Positions 1 to 12,924 of a stretch of 64,000 nt of DNA are shown in pieces. The notes under the pieces were generated by a model, which had not been told where the DNA came from, did not search any database, and saw only the letters and a list, made by a program, of their open reading frames with translations. Each line of letters starts with the position of its first letter. Positions within the stretch are counted from its first letter, which is position 1. The DNA comes from Octopus vulgaris (Eukaryota), in contig OX597829.1 in assembly GCA_951406725.2 (NCBI GenBank), positions 23,002,001 to 23,066,000 of the forward strand. Direction: 5' to 3'. The position numbers were made by a program, and so were the translations under genes.

Positions 1-426
<426 letters not shown>

Positions 427-983
427 CCTGATGCAATACCAGGCAGTGGCTCTCGTGGCTTCTGATCTTAACTGATTGGAAGTGTTATCATGTACATTGT
501 TTTGTCTTGGTATAAAAGATGGGCTACAGCAAATATTCTGTTCAATACCACAGATTTGCTTGTCAGTTGTTTGACCTTAACCAGTTGAGCATGTCCCTTA
601 GTGGCTGACGATATGTGCATCTCTGATCACAAGCAGAAGTAGTGGAGGAGCATCATAGCCATGTGTTGATAGGGATTGTTGGAGGTTTGGATGATTCACC
701 TTTGGAAACATGGGTGTTTCGTTCAACATCCTTAAACAACCCTTATTCAGGGACCTTTCGAGTGGGATGGGCTACTCGACCTGAAGAAAATTCTCACTGG
801 GTCCCACCTGCAAGGTCATGTGCTGTTTCTCTTGATATGAGATCACCATGTCATGCACATATGGTTGTGATGCATGTGCCTAGTGTACCTTTATCAGACG
901 GATAGTCATGATGGGTATACTGGGTTTCGTATAATTATACCCCAGTGTCACTTTGATGGCATGCACTGCTCTCTCACTCACTC
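427..983 (+). mobile_element. ~555-bp ORF-less interspersed element in (AAT)n, copy 1
   Basis: Colinear with 41783-42300 (+) and 56009-56563 (-). Flanked by AAT arrays on both sides. Confidence 0.85.
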
Positions 984-1048
<65 letters not shown>

Positions 1049-1304
1049 CACCAATGATAATAATAATAATAATAACAACAACAACAACAACAATAATAAT
1101 AATAACAATAATAATAATAATAATAACAATAACAATAACAATAATAATAACAATAATAATAACAATAACAATAACAATAACAATAATAATAACAATAATA
1201 ATAATAATAATAACAATAACAATAACAATAACAAAAACAATAACAATAACAAAAACAAAAATAAAAACAATAAAAATAACAATAACAATAACATTAACAA
1301 TAAC

Positions 1305-1337
<33 letters not shown>
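984..1337. repeat. (AAT)n/(AATAAC)n compound microsatellite
   Basis: Directly visible. Confidence 0.97.
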
Positions 1338-1660
1338 TGAGCACAACCTTCGTATTTCCCATTTTAAATCGTCATAGTTGTTTATTTTTTTCTTCTTCTT
1401 TCAGATTGATCCTGTTATCACCGGGACACGCTATGTCGAATATCAAACATGTTCTTTCTTTCTTATTCACCACAACAATGTCCGGTTTCTGATGTCTGGT
1501 CAGGTGACTGCACTGGATCATTGCATCCCACAGGATTTTGCAATTCTCATTCTCGGTGACTCCTTCTGAGGTTTGCTCATATCACTTCTTTCCTCTTTTT
1601 AGGCCGTGATTTCCAGAGAGCTCCCAATGGATCATTTTGCCATATTGTCATGGCGTCTTT
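1338..1660 (-). mobile_element. R4/Dong LINE restriction-like endonuclease fragment
   Basis: Minus-strand translation KILWDAMIQC..RHQKPDIVVVNKKERTCLIFDIACPGDNRI..NYDDLKWEIRRL carries the PD..D REL motif. Confidence 0.8.
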
Positions 1661-1664
1661 TATA

Positions 1665-1710
1665 TTCGCGTTGTGCCAATTTCGCGTTGTGCCAATTTCG
1701 CGTCGTGCCA
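1665..1710. repeat. 16-bp tandem repeat x3 (TTCGCGTTGTGCCAAT)
   Basis: Directly visible. Confidence 0.9.
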
Positions 1711-1798
1711 TACCGTTTCACTCCTCTTACTACACATTCTGCATTTGCTACAGTCGGTAGTGTTGTCTATTTTGCACTTAACATTATTATTGATTGGT

Positions 1799-1830
<32 letters not shown>

Positions 1831-1845
1831 GTATTATTATTATTG

Positions 1846-2045
1846 CTGGCAGAAACGTTAGCACGTCGGGTGTAATGCTTAGCGGTATTTCGTCTGTCTT
1901 TACGTTCTGAGTTCAAATTCCGCCGAGGTCGATTTTGCCTTCCATTATTTCGGGGTCGAAAAATGAAGTATCAGTTGCGTACTGGGGTCGATCTAACGAC
2001 TGACCTCTCCCCACAAATTTCGGGCCTTGTGCCTAGAGTAGAAAA
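1846..2045 (+). mobile_element. tRNA-derived SINE family A (resembles octopus SINEs), alternative tail
   Basis: Head GCTGGCAGAAACGTTAGCACG, B-box GAGTTCAAATTCC and central GTCGA..GCCTT.CAT..TTTCGGGGTCGA are shared with many copies in the window. Confidence 0.85.
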
Positions 2046-2048
2046 CAT

Positions 2049-2132
<84 letters not shown>

Positions 2133-2150
2133 CATTATTATTATTATTAT

Positions 2151-3017
2151 TGTCTTTGCACAGCTTCTAACGCTGAAGATGTACTACGGTGCCAGCTGTT
2201 TACTACCAGTGAACTACCAGTGAACCTTATCTTTCGAACGCCGAGTATTCGAGCGGTTCCAAGCAGTGCTGTTTTCTGCAAGTGCTCCACCCTTATTGCA
2301 TCCCCTATTTGTTCCATGTACTTCTCAAGATTTTTACTCACTGTTCCCAGGGCTCCGACAATTATTGGTACTACTACCACCTTTTTCATCGACCACAACT
2401 GCTTAACCGCCCAAGCTAACCTGTCATATCTGTCGACTTTTCTTTCTTTCTTATCGTATACCTTGTTGTCAGCTGGGCACGCTATATCTGTGATCCAGCA
2501 TCGTTTGCTTCCTTTCTCAGAACACTCTATGTCTGGTTTCCTATTTTCTATTATGGTCGAACTGAATCATAAAATCTCATAGGATCTTTGCATTATCATT
2601 TTCGATGATGATTTCGGGTTTATGTTCGTACCATCATTTTGCTCTGTCAAGTCCATACTTGTTGCAAAGTGTCCAATGGACAATCATTGCTGGATTGTTA
2701 TTACGTCTCTTATATTCCTTCTGGGCTAGTGGCGTACATTGACTAGTAATATGCCATACGGTTTCACCATTTTGTCCACAAATTCTGCACTTATCACTTT
2801 GTGTTGTCACTTTTATATCACTTTTATATTTGATGTAATTGGTTCTTAATACTCGCTTTTGGGCAGCACAGATTAGAGCCTCCATTTCCGGTTTTAAACC
2901 ACTTTTAGTCATCCATAGCCATTTTTTTTCTGTCTGTCATATCTTCAACATTCCTATAAAATTGTCCATGCATTCTTTTCTTTATCCACCTATTTTCAGT
3001 TGTTGGTATCCCTTTAG
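2151..3017 (-). mobile_element. R4/Dong LINE 3' fragment (same subfamily as 42436-45034)
   Basis: CRICGQNGETVWHITSQC zinc knuckle and VPIIVGALGTVSK..LQKTALLGTARIL. Its 3' end GCTGTGCAAAGAC runs into (AAT)n on the sense strand. Confidence 0.9.
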
Positions 3018-3249
3018 ATGAACACCATTTTCATCTACAGGGTTGCTCAGGTAGTAACATTCCATAACGACAGCATTGACTTGTTCGTCTCATCTACGCC
3101 GTGTGTGCTGGTCCCTTACAGCATAACAACAGGCAGGAGTTGGACCAGTATCTGTGAGCCTGCCGGGTGCAACACTATCACCATCAAGGACTTCAGTTTC
3201 ATTACTACCATTTTGAATATTTTGTTTTTTCATTGGTGCTCATATCAGG

Positions 3250-3425
3250 TTTGCGTGTCTGTGTTTGTCCCCCAATATCGCTTGACAACCGATGCTAGTG
3301 TGTTTGTCCCCGTAACTTAGCGGTTCGGCAAAAGAGACCAATAGAATGAGTACTAGGCTTACAAGTAATAAGGCGGTGCTCCAGCATGGCCACAGTCTGA
3401 AGGACTGAAACAAATAAAAGAGTAT
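3250..3425 (+). mobile_element. SINE family B, 3' half
   Basis: CGTAACTTAGCGGTTCGGCAAAAGAGACC..GGTGCTCCAGCATGGCC tail. Confidence 0.8.
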
Positions 3426-3714
3426 TATTGTTGCGTGGCTTTCGAGACAGATGTGAAGATGGAAGGGTGGATGGTTATATCTTACGTGGTCACCATACAT
3501 GGAAGCTGTATCTCACGATATCCTCAAAGCAGACTCATCGTCCGACTGCTTGCAAAAATGTGAATAAAAACTACAAAAAGATACCCTAGAACCAGATAAT
3601 GGTGTTAAACAGGGTCAATCAGGTTAGTGTTTCTGTATAGTATAATAAATTAACCTAGTCTAATTAACTGTTTTCTCAGTTTTGGGTCATAATAATAAGA
3701 AAAAAAAATGAAGT

Positions 3715-3812
3715 TTGTTTACTGCGTCTTGTTTACTGTGTATTGTTTATCGCATCTTGTTTACGGCATGTTGTTTACTAAATGCTGTTTATCTCATCTT
3801 GTTTACGGCAAA
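3715..3812. repeat. 14-bp tandem repeat x7, each with a TGTTTA(C/T) core
   Basis: Units such as TTGTTTACTGCGTC and TTGTTTACGGCATG, in exact 14-bp phase. Confidence 0.9.
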
Positions 3813-3919
3813 CCACAATACGTATCATATATTCGATATTTTTAGAAAATTGTGTTTTCTTGATATCAACAATATTCAATAATTTCTTTCAAAGTTATAC
3901 GAAAAAGAAAACATTCAAA

Positions 3920-4054
3920 TGGAGAGTGAGGGAGAGGAGAGAGAGAGGGAGAGAGGGAGAAGGAGAGAGAGAGGGAGGAGATAGAAATCATCGAAAGGGA
4001 GAGAGAGAAAGAGAGTGGGAGAGCTCACCAGAAGGAAGAGAGAAAGATCTTTAA

Positions 4055-4089
<35 letters not shown>

Positions 4090-4290
4090 AGAGCTCACCA
4101 GAAGGAAGAGAGAAAGATCTTTAAAGGAGAGAGAGAAATTTTTAGGAGAGGGAGAAAGTTAAAGTATGAGAGAAACAGATAGAGATATAGATTATCAGAA
4201 GAGAGAGGGAGGGAGAGAGAGAGATCACCAGAAGAGACATAAACAGACTGACAGACAGAATTCAGAACAGAGAGATGAGGGAGATACAAT
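3920..4290. repeat. GA-rich low-complexity tract with a ~58-bp direct duplication
   Basis: GAGTGGGAGAGCTCACCAGAAGGAAGAGAGAAAGATCTTTAAAGG occurs twice. Confidence 0.85.
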
Positions 4291-5034
4291 CAATAAAAGA
4301 AAATAAAAAAAATAAAAAAGGAAAAGAAAAGTCACCCCATCCACCCCATTCTATCGACTCCATTTTCAACAACAATGTGAAATGCCACAATTTTCTCCAT
4401 TACAACACTCCTATCATCCCCACCACCAACACCAATCAGTAGTAAGACTACAGAAATCAACTAAACGACAGAAAACAAGGAGAATATCGATAAAAATAAA
4501 TGTCTTCTTATCTTTTCTTTTTATTTGATTTTCGTTTTGTACAAAGCCAGAAATATATAAAGAACGTTGCATTTGGATGAAACTCGTTCACTACATAACT
4601 GGTACCTCATTTAATCGATTTCGGAGAGCCGGAACTCTAAGTCCACCCTATTGGGAAGAAATTTTTTTTTTAATGGGGATTTTAACTTTTTTATTCTAGG
4701 TTTTGTATCATTTTATTTGTTTCAGTCATTGGACTGCGGCCATGCTGGAGCTCAGCTTTGACGGGTTTTTAGTCGAATGAATCGATGAATTTCTCCCTCG
4801 AAGTTACTAGCCTTGGGCCAAAATTCGAAGCCATTATAAAGACTAGTTTACTATGTACTATACAGTAAATGTGGCTTGGCATTCTGATTGGACATTTCTA
4901 TTTGAGGGGTGGGAGCATTCATTCAGACGAATCTGCGCGCAAATTTGCAAAGAAAAAAAAGAAAAAGAAAAGAAAAAGAAAGAACAAAAGAAACAAAGAA
5001 ATAAATACCTACATTTGGCTTGGTTATATTGACA

Positions 5035-5325
5035 AGGCGCATGGCTCATGAGGTAGTGAGTTTGATTCCCAGACCGGGCTGTGTGTTGCGTTCTTGAGCG
5101 AGGCACTTTATTTTCATGTTGCTCCAGTTCACTCAGATGTAGAAATGAGTTGCAATGTCACAGGTGCCAAGCTGTATCGGCCCCTTTGCTTTTCCCTTGG
5201 ATAAGACTGATGGTATTGGGAAGGAGAGGCTGGTATGCATGGGCGACTGCTGGTCTTGTGCCTGAGAGGGAAACTTTCTAGGTGCAATCCCATGGTCTGT
5301 GTCGTGACTGAAGGTGGTATCACAA
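5035..5325 (+). mobile_element. tRNA-derived SINE family C (V-domain-like)
   Basis: GTTTGATTCCC B-box followed by GTTGCGTTCTTGAGCGAGGCACTTT..GTTGCTCCAG, homologous to 28918-29177. Confidence 0.7.
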
Positions 5326-5624
5326 TGTTATAGTAAAATTATATTGCTTTGCAGGTTTGTTAGATCAAGGATGTCAGACTCGCTTGGCTTTAATGAACCA
5401 TTGAAGCATAAACTAGATCTCGCAAGCTGGATAGGGATAATGCCTACTGAAAATCCTGTATATGATGTAGGTCCAAGTATATAAATAACAAATCAAGAAT
5501 ACGAGGTGTTAAAAAAGGTTTGTGCGCAGAGATGTGTGCAAAAACAAATCACCAGATCATGTATACTATTCAGTCAAGTAAAAGTTCTAAGAGTGATAAC
5601 GGAGATAGAAATTGTCCAATTATA

Positions 5625-5784
5625 GGCTTAGGAGTGGCTGTGTGGTAAGTAGATTGCTTACCAACCACACGGTTCCGGGTTCTGCTTGGCACCTTGGGCA
5701 GGTGTCTTCTACTATAGCCTCGGGCCGACCGAAGCCTTTTGAGTGGATTTGGTAGACGGAAACTGAAAGAATAGAATCCCGTCG

Positions 5785-5822
<38 letters not shown>

Positions 5823-5958
5823 GTTTCTGTGTTTGTCCCCCCCACCATCGCTTGACAACCGATGCTGGTGTGTTTATGAACGATTTGCTCGACTAAAGGC
5901 GATGCTCCAGCATGGCCGCAGTCAAATGACTGAAACAAGTAAAAGAGTAAAAGAGAGT
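5625..5958 (+). mobile_element. tRNA-derived CORE-type SINE family B
   Basis: GGAGTGGCTGTGTGGTAAG head, ACCTTGGGCAGGTGTCTT CORE-like motif, internal (TA)n and (GTAAAAGA)n tail. Confidence 0.88.
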
Positions 5959-6546
5959 AATATGCCCCACTGACGCATACATATTCCTGTTCTAAATTCC
6001 ACTGAAAGCACTTTCTTTCCACCTTCCTTTTCTCTCCTTTCTTCTCCACCTCTCTCTCATTCACACACACTCTCTCTCACTCTCACTCACTCTCTCTCTC
6101 TCTCTTTCATCCTCTTTCTATGCAATAAAAAACAGAAGAACGCAGAAATTTAAGTACATGTACTGACGTATATGTACTTACAAGTGTTCCTTTAAAATAC
6201 CTTTTACACTGCGAACCTTTATATAAAAAAAAAAATAATAACAAACAAAAAACCCTGAATAGGATTAGATTAAAATACCTGAATGTGAAATGGTAAACCT
6301 TGCCAGGTGTTTATACTTGATTCTACGCATGCAGCTGGTGTATGTATGGCGTGTGGGACGTGAATATTGTATGGAGTGTATAACACGCCGCTGCTGCTGC
6401 TGCTGTTGTTGCTGTACCAATTCTGCTCCACGTTAGAATTGGTACAGAAGAACAGCAATCAAAGATCATACTGCTTTTTTTTCTTCTTTTCTGGAACAGT
6501 GTACCGAGGACTACATTATATAATAGGTCTTCTATATAAGAGAGTC

Positions 6547-6641
6547 AGTCGAATCTGGATGCGAAGGAGATTTGGGTGCTATTTCTAGCAAGTCGAATCT
6601 GGATGCGAAGGAGATTTGGGTGCTATTTCTAGCAAGTCGAA
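6547..6641 (+). repeat. 44-bp tandem duplication inside an old dispersed repeat
   Basis: AGTCGAATCTGGATGCGAAGGAGATTTGGGTGCTATTTCTAGCA x2. Related GATTT.GCTGCTATTTCT motifs occur at ~16170 (-), ~30600, ~32340 and ~33090. Confidence 0.8.
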
Positions 6642-6736
6642 CAACCACGTAAGAGGTTCTGCTCGTTGGTCCTTAAAACGTGTGTATATGCCTGTACTTG
6701 CGTGTATGTATGTGTGTATGCATATGTATATGATGA

Positions 6737-6773
<37 letters not shown>

Positions 6774-6857
6774 CATTTGTGTGTGTGGGGGTATGTCTGT
6801 ATGTGTGTGTCACTGTTTTGCTTTCCATTCGTCAACACAAACGAATATAACAGTAAG

Positions 6858-7589
6858 CACTATCGTACCTAGAGGGTGACGGATTGGCGTTCCACCCCGG
6901 GCGGCACTTCTATAGGGGCGGCAGCACTTTTGGGACTGCTGTAGACAATATGTATTTTTCGTGGGAGGCCCCGGGGTGACAAACTAACGAGCCGCCACGG
7001 GCGCGAAATTCTTTTTCCACTGGAGTTCCGGACCCCAGTAATGAACTCATTTGCATACAGCCAATCAGAACTCACCTTGACCTTTTTGTCAAGTTAACAA
7101 ACACTCTCTACCAAGCAAACGCAAGACGAAGAACGGTATTGTAAGTTGACCGATCGCCAAGTTATGCCAGGTTTTAGAAGGGGACAAGTTATTAGATAGA
7201 TTTGCATCTATACCTATTATCGGATTTTGTTAGGGCCCCATATAGTAAAGGTGTGGATGGGAAAAATGTGGGTAGAGGGTGATGTGCCAGCAACCCTCTC
7301 CATTTACTGTTTTACAAAGTAAACAACAACACAAATAACTACGCAGAGGCAGCCATGGTTGAAACAAGAACAACAACAACAAGCATTCTTAAAAGAGAAA
7401 AGAAGCATGGTCATTCCTTAACCAAGTGACCTTATCTGATCACCCATCACTTGTTATGCGCGCATAAATTAGTTTGATAATTTGAACTCTGATTGGTTGT
7501 ATGCAAATGAGTTCATAACTGAGGTCCGGAGCTCTCGTAGGAAAAATAATGTTGCGCCCCAGACTGCACACACTCTGGTTACGCTAGTG
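6858..7589. mobile_element. Non-autonomous hAT-like DNA transposon with long internal inverted repeats
   Basis: TIRs CACTATCGTACC / GGTTACGCTAGTG. 8-bp TSD ACAGTAAG / ATAGTAAG (one mismatch). Internal IR at ~6998-7075 versus ~7482-7560. Confidence 0.7.
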
Positions 7590-7872
7590 ATAGTAAGCCG
7601 AGTCAACGAGTTTTTGCGGCATAAGTTACTCAGCGGAGTTCTAGGTAACTGATGTTAATCCACTCAAATGGCAAAAGTGAGTAATGACCGTAATTCACAG
7701 TCAGTCTTGCCACATTTGGTGTATCACGCTGAATCTACCTGAGAACTATTGTACGTTAAAGGTACGCGTGTCTGTGGAGTGCTCAACCACTTGCATGTTA
7801 ATTTCCAGTGACAAACCGTTTCGAAAAAGGAGAAACAAGCAATAATAAATCATGTAGGTGGGAAATTTAGGT

Positions 7873-8475
<603 letters not shown>

Positions 8476-9112
8476 ATACATACATACAGACACACATACC
8501 CACATGCACATATACCATTCTTAGTACAAGATTTATTATTCGTCAGTATAAGTGATTTGGATTTGTAATCGTTCTGGGAATGGTATTTCGTGATGGCAGC
8601 TTGTCTTTAGACGCTTGCATTTATCAAGCATGAAGTTCCGTTCCAATGAATCTAGTTGTGTCGGGGGAAAGGGGAGGGATAAATAAAAAAAATAAAAAAT
8701 GAAAACAATTTACACGACAATTGGCAGATTCAGCCAATGAGATCGAATTCTCAACACCAGAAAATTATACAAGGCATCTGGAATAGAATAACCAATCATA
8801 AAAAAAAAAAGGAGAAAAGGAAAAAAACGATTGAACTTGACGGTTAGTTGGTTCTTAAGAAATGGCGAAATGAGTTCTTAGTTTATTGCAATGAAAAATT
8901 CTTTATTATTTTTCTATTCTTTTCCTTCTGTTTCCTTTCTTTCTTTTTTTTGTTTTTTTTTGTTAAATGTGCTGAATTATGTTGGATAGCAGAAATGGTA
9001 GAAACGGAAGAGAAATTATTGGATATTCACATTAAGCTCCTTTAATGTTGTTGTATCTTGGGAGGGTCATGATGCCAACAATAAACACACGCATTGACCC
9101 TACACAAGATAC

Positions 9113-9170
9113 AGCAACAACAACAACATCAGCAGCAACAACAACAACAACGACGACAACAACAACAACA

Positions 9171-9256
<86 letters not shown>

Positions 9257-9308
9257 TGATGATGATAATAATAATAATAATAAAATAATAATAATGATGA
9301 TGATGATG

Positions 9309-9374
<66 letters not shown>

Positions 9375-9491
9375 GTCTGTTTCAATATACGATTTCACAT
9401 CAAGAAGCTGCAAACCGAAAACGAAATATTCCTCTAATTTCTTCACTCACATGTGAATTGGCAAGCCTTGCAAACTAAATAAATAATAATA

Positions 9492-9564
<73 letters not shown>

Positions 9565-9566
9565 GC

Positions 9567-9602
<36 letters not shown>

Positions 9603-9608
9603 AACAAT

Positions 9609-9641
<33 letters not shown>

Positions 9642-9650
9642 AATAATAAT

Positions 9651-9683
<33 letters not shown>

Positions 9684-9701
9684 AATGATAACAACAACAA
9701 C

Positions 9702-9737
<36 letters not shown>
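9113..9737. repeat. Two (AAT)n/(AAC)n microsatellite blocks
   Basis: Directly visible. Confidence 0.95.
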
Positions 9738-10455
9738 TGAAAGGTAAAAAACAAAATAAATTATGTACGAACCATAAACTCGAATGAAATTAGTCAATTA
9801 TTCATTCACATCTCTCTTACACACAAGCACTCATACATATGAACACTTATACATATCATACATATACACACATCTACACACACATTAAACTGTTCATACG
9901 CACGAATACACACGCTCACACATACATATGCACACACACATTAAACTATTCAGTCACCCATACAAACCCATACACATACGCTTGTATGCACACGCTCATA
10001 CAAACACCCCACACATACACACATACACACGCTCACATACAAACATTTATACACTTATATACACAAACTTGAAATTATTCATAGATATGTTATACACACA
10101 TTTAACTGTTTATATACTCCATACAAACACATACACACATGCACTTACATACGCACCTTCACACACATATTCACGCACATGCTCACTTATATACACACAT
10201 ACTTATATACATGCATATACAACACATACACACAATACGATGTGTATATGATTTTGTCTTTAACGATAGCCAAGCTACATACATATACATACATACATAC
10301 ATACACACACATACATACATACATACATACATACATACATACATGCATGCATACATACATGCATGCATACATACATACATACTTACATACATACATACAT
10401 GCATGCATACATACATACATACATACATACATACATACATACATACATACATACA

Positions 10456-10486
<31 letters not shown>

Positions 10487-10837
10487 GTAAAACACCGCCT
10501 AAATACCAATCTTGAGAAATTAGGCTTCTCAAAACCAGAAATGAGAAATCTGATTCCAAGACTAGAGATCTAATTCATCACTGGAACTGTAAAAATCTGT
10601 GAAACTTTTTCAGAAGTTTATCATTTAAATATATATGAGCATGTTTAGACATGCAACTATATGCATGACAATACATACTTATACATACATACACACATAC
10701 AAAAATATCCTGTTCATGATGTTGAAATTTCAGTGAAGGAGTCTTGGGATCTTGGTTAGAAAACGGCCTTTTCTCTATTGGCAAGGAATCTCGAAATAAA
10801 ACTGAATAATGACATACATACACATACGTTACGTAGT

Positions 10838-11324
10838 ATACCAGAGACATACAGCATCTCGAAAGAGTCCAGAAGCTGGCTACCCGCATGGTTCATGGTC
10901 TCAAAAATTTGTCCTACGAAGAAAGGCTGAGGACGCTCGACCTTTATTCTCTTGAAAAACGCCGCCGCCGTGGTGATCTCATTCTCGCCCACAACATCAT
11001 AAGCGGAAAGTGTAACCTCTCGAAAGAGCTGTTCTTCACTCCTGCTCCAGAGCGTCGGCTGCGGGGTCATTCCGAAAAGCTCTACCTGCGACGATTTCAT
11101 CTCAATCGAAGGAGAGGAGCTTTCTCCGTCCGGGTTGCGGATCCGTGGAACAAGCTGCCAGACGAGATGGTAAAGATGCTGACGACCGCTTTGTTCAAAG
11201 CCTCCCTTGACCTCAAGTGGCCTGAACTCTTTACATGAACACCACCCTGTACTTAACTCCATGTCCCCCTACATGGCCTTGCTATTTGCTTTTGAGCCAA
11301 ATTAACTAACTAACTAACTAACTA
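10838..11324 (+). mobile_element. CR1/L2-type LINE 3' end
   Basis: LERVQKLATRMVHGLKNLSYEERLRTLDLYSLEKRRRRGDLI..RGHSEKL..FSVRVADPWNKLP is a typical CR1-clade C-terminus. 3'UTR hairpin CCATGT-ccccct-ACATGG; (ACTA)n tail. Confidence 0.9.
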
Positions 11325-11476
11325 TACACTCACTAAAAAGTGTGTTATAAAAATAAATAGAATAGAAATGAAACTAAGAATAATTAGCTATGAAGTGCGC
11401 GATAACTACAGTATGTAAGCCGTAGTTTGGTACGATCTCTATTGGGAATTTAAGCGAAACTGAGATAATAGAATGA

Positions 11477-11665
11477 TTACTCTTTTACTCTTTTTACTTG
11501 TTTCAGTCATTTGACTGCGGCTTTAGTCGAACAAATTGACTCATTCTTTGTAAGCCTAATGGATATTCTATCGGTCTCTTTTGCCGAACCGCTAAGTTAC
11601 GGTGACGTAAACACACCAGCATCGGTTGACAAACGATGTTGGGGAGACAAGCACAGACGCACAAA

Positions 11666-11707
<42 letters not shown>

Positions 11708-11708
11708 T

Positions 11709-11739
<31 letters not shown>

Positions 11740-11747
11740 CATATATA

Positions 11748-11779
<32 letters not shown>

Positions 11780-11969
11780 CATATATATATATACATATAT
11801 ATACGACGGGCTTCTTTCAGTTCCCTCCTACCAAATCCACTCACAAGGCTTTGGTCTGCCCGAGGCTATAGTAGAAGACGCTTGCCCAAGGTGTCACACG
11901 CAATGGGGATTGAACCCGGAACCATGTGGTTGGTAAGCAAGCTACTTACCACACAGCCACTCCTGCGCC
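11477..11969 (-). mobile_element. SINE family B, full length
   Basis: Reverse complement of the family head and tail, with internal (CA)n/(TA)n. Confidence 0.9.
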
Positions 11970-12507
11970 TGGAATATTTAACTAAAATTTGTTTAAAATG
12001 CATTTCATTAAAGATTATCTGGGAAATAATATTGGCTCAGGCAAGAAAGAAAAGAAAATTTTATCGAGGAATTTTATCGAGGAATTAACCATATTTTTAA
12101 AAAATGACCACAAATAGTTAAACTGCGTCGCTAAATAATGAATAAAAAAAATAAGAAGGAAGAATTAAAAAGCTTACTGATATTTTCTAATCTGCTCTGG
12201 TCCTTGGGGGTTCTTCCACAACTAATTGCTGTAGGACCCGGCTCTGGTCCTTGGGACAGTTCATTAATATTAGCGATGAAATATTAGCAGTGAAGGGCAA
12301 TAAAGTCTGATTTATAATTAATATTAAGATTATTAAAGCTATTATAATTAAAGTTATTAATCTTTAGTAATAAATATATTTATTACTAATAATTAATTAA
12401 TTAATTATTATTGTTGTTGTTGTTGGTCGTCTATCGACACGTCACTTCCGTAAATTTGTTGTTATTCATATTGATACACATTGTTATACATTTGTTATCG
12501 CTACATA

Positions 12508-12693
12508 TTCTCTTATTCTTTTATTTGTTTCAGTCATTTGACTGCGGCCATGCTGGAGCACCACTTTTAGTTATTCTTTGTAAGCCTAGTACTTATTCTG
12601 TCGGTCTCTCTCGCCGAAACGCTAGGTTACGAGGACGTAAACACACCAGCATCGGTTGTCAAGCGATGTTGGGGGGACAAACAAAGACAGACA

Positions 12694-12761
<68 letters not shown>

Positions 12762-12912
12762 CATACATATATACGACGGGCTTCTTTCAGTTTCCGTCTG
12801 CCAAATCCACTCACAAGGCTTTGGTCGGCCCGAGGCTGTAGTAGAAGACACTTGCCCAAGGTGCCACGCATTGGGACTGAACCCGGAACCATGTGGTTGG
12901 TAAGCAGGCTAC
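12508..12912 (-). mobile_element. SINE family B, 5'-truncated
   Basis: Homology to other copies. Confidence 0.88.
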
Positions 12913-12924
12913 TTTATTTTTTTT

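Noticed and set aside
605-645. CTGACGA inside the 555-bp element as a hammerhead core
   Set aside because: No properly placed stem II plus GAAA follows.
3018-3240. Protein-like frame after a TTTTCATCTACAG acceptor-like site
   Set aside because: No recognisable domain or donor site, and the frame runs into a SINE.
1665-3812. Short regular repeats as a CRISPR-like array
   Set aside because: Units are head-to-tail with no unique spacers; the context is eukaryotic and has no cas genes.
5049-5070. let-7-like TGAGGTAGT
   Set aside because: Lies inside a SINE head; only the first 9 nt match and there is no hairpin.
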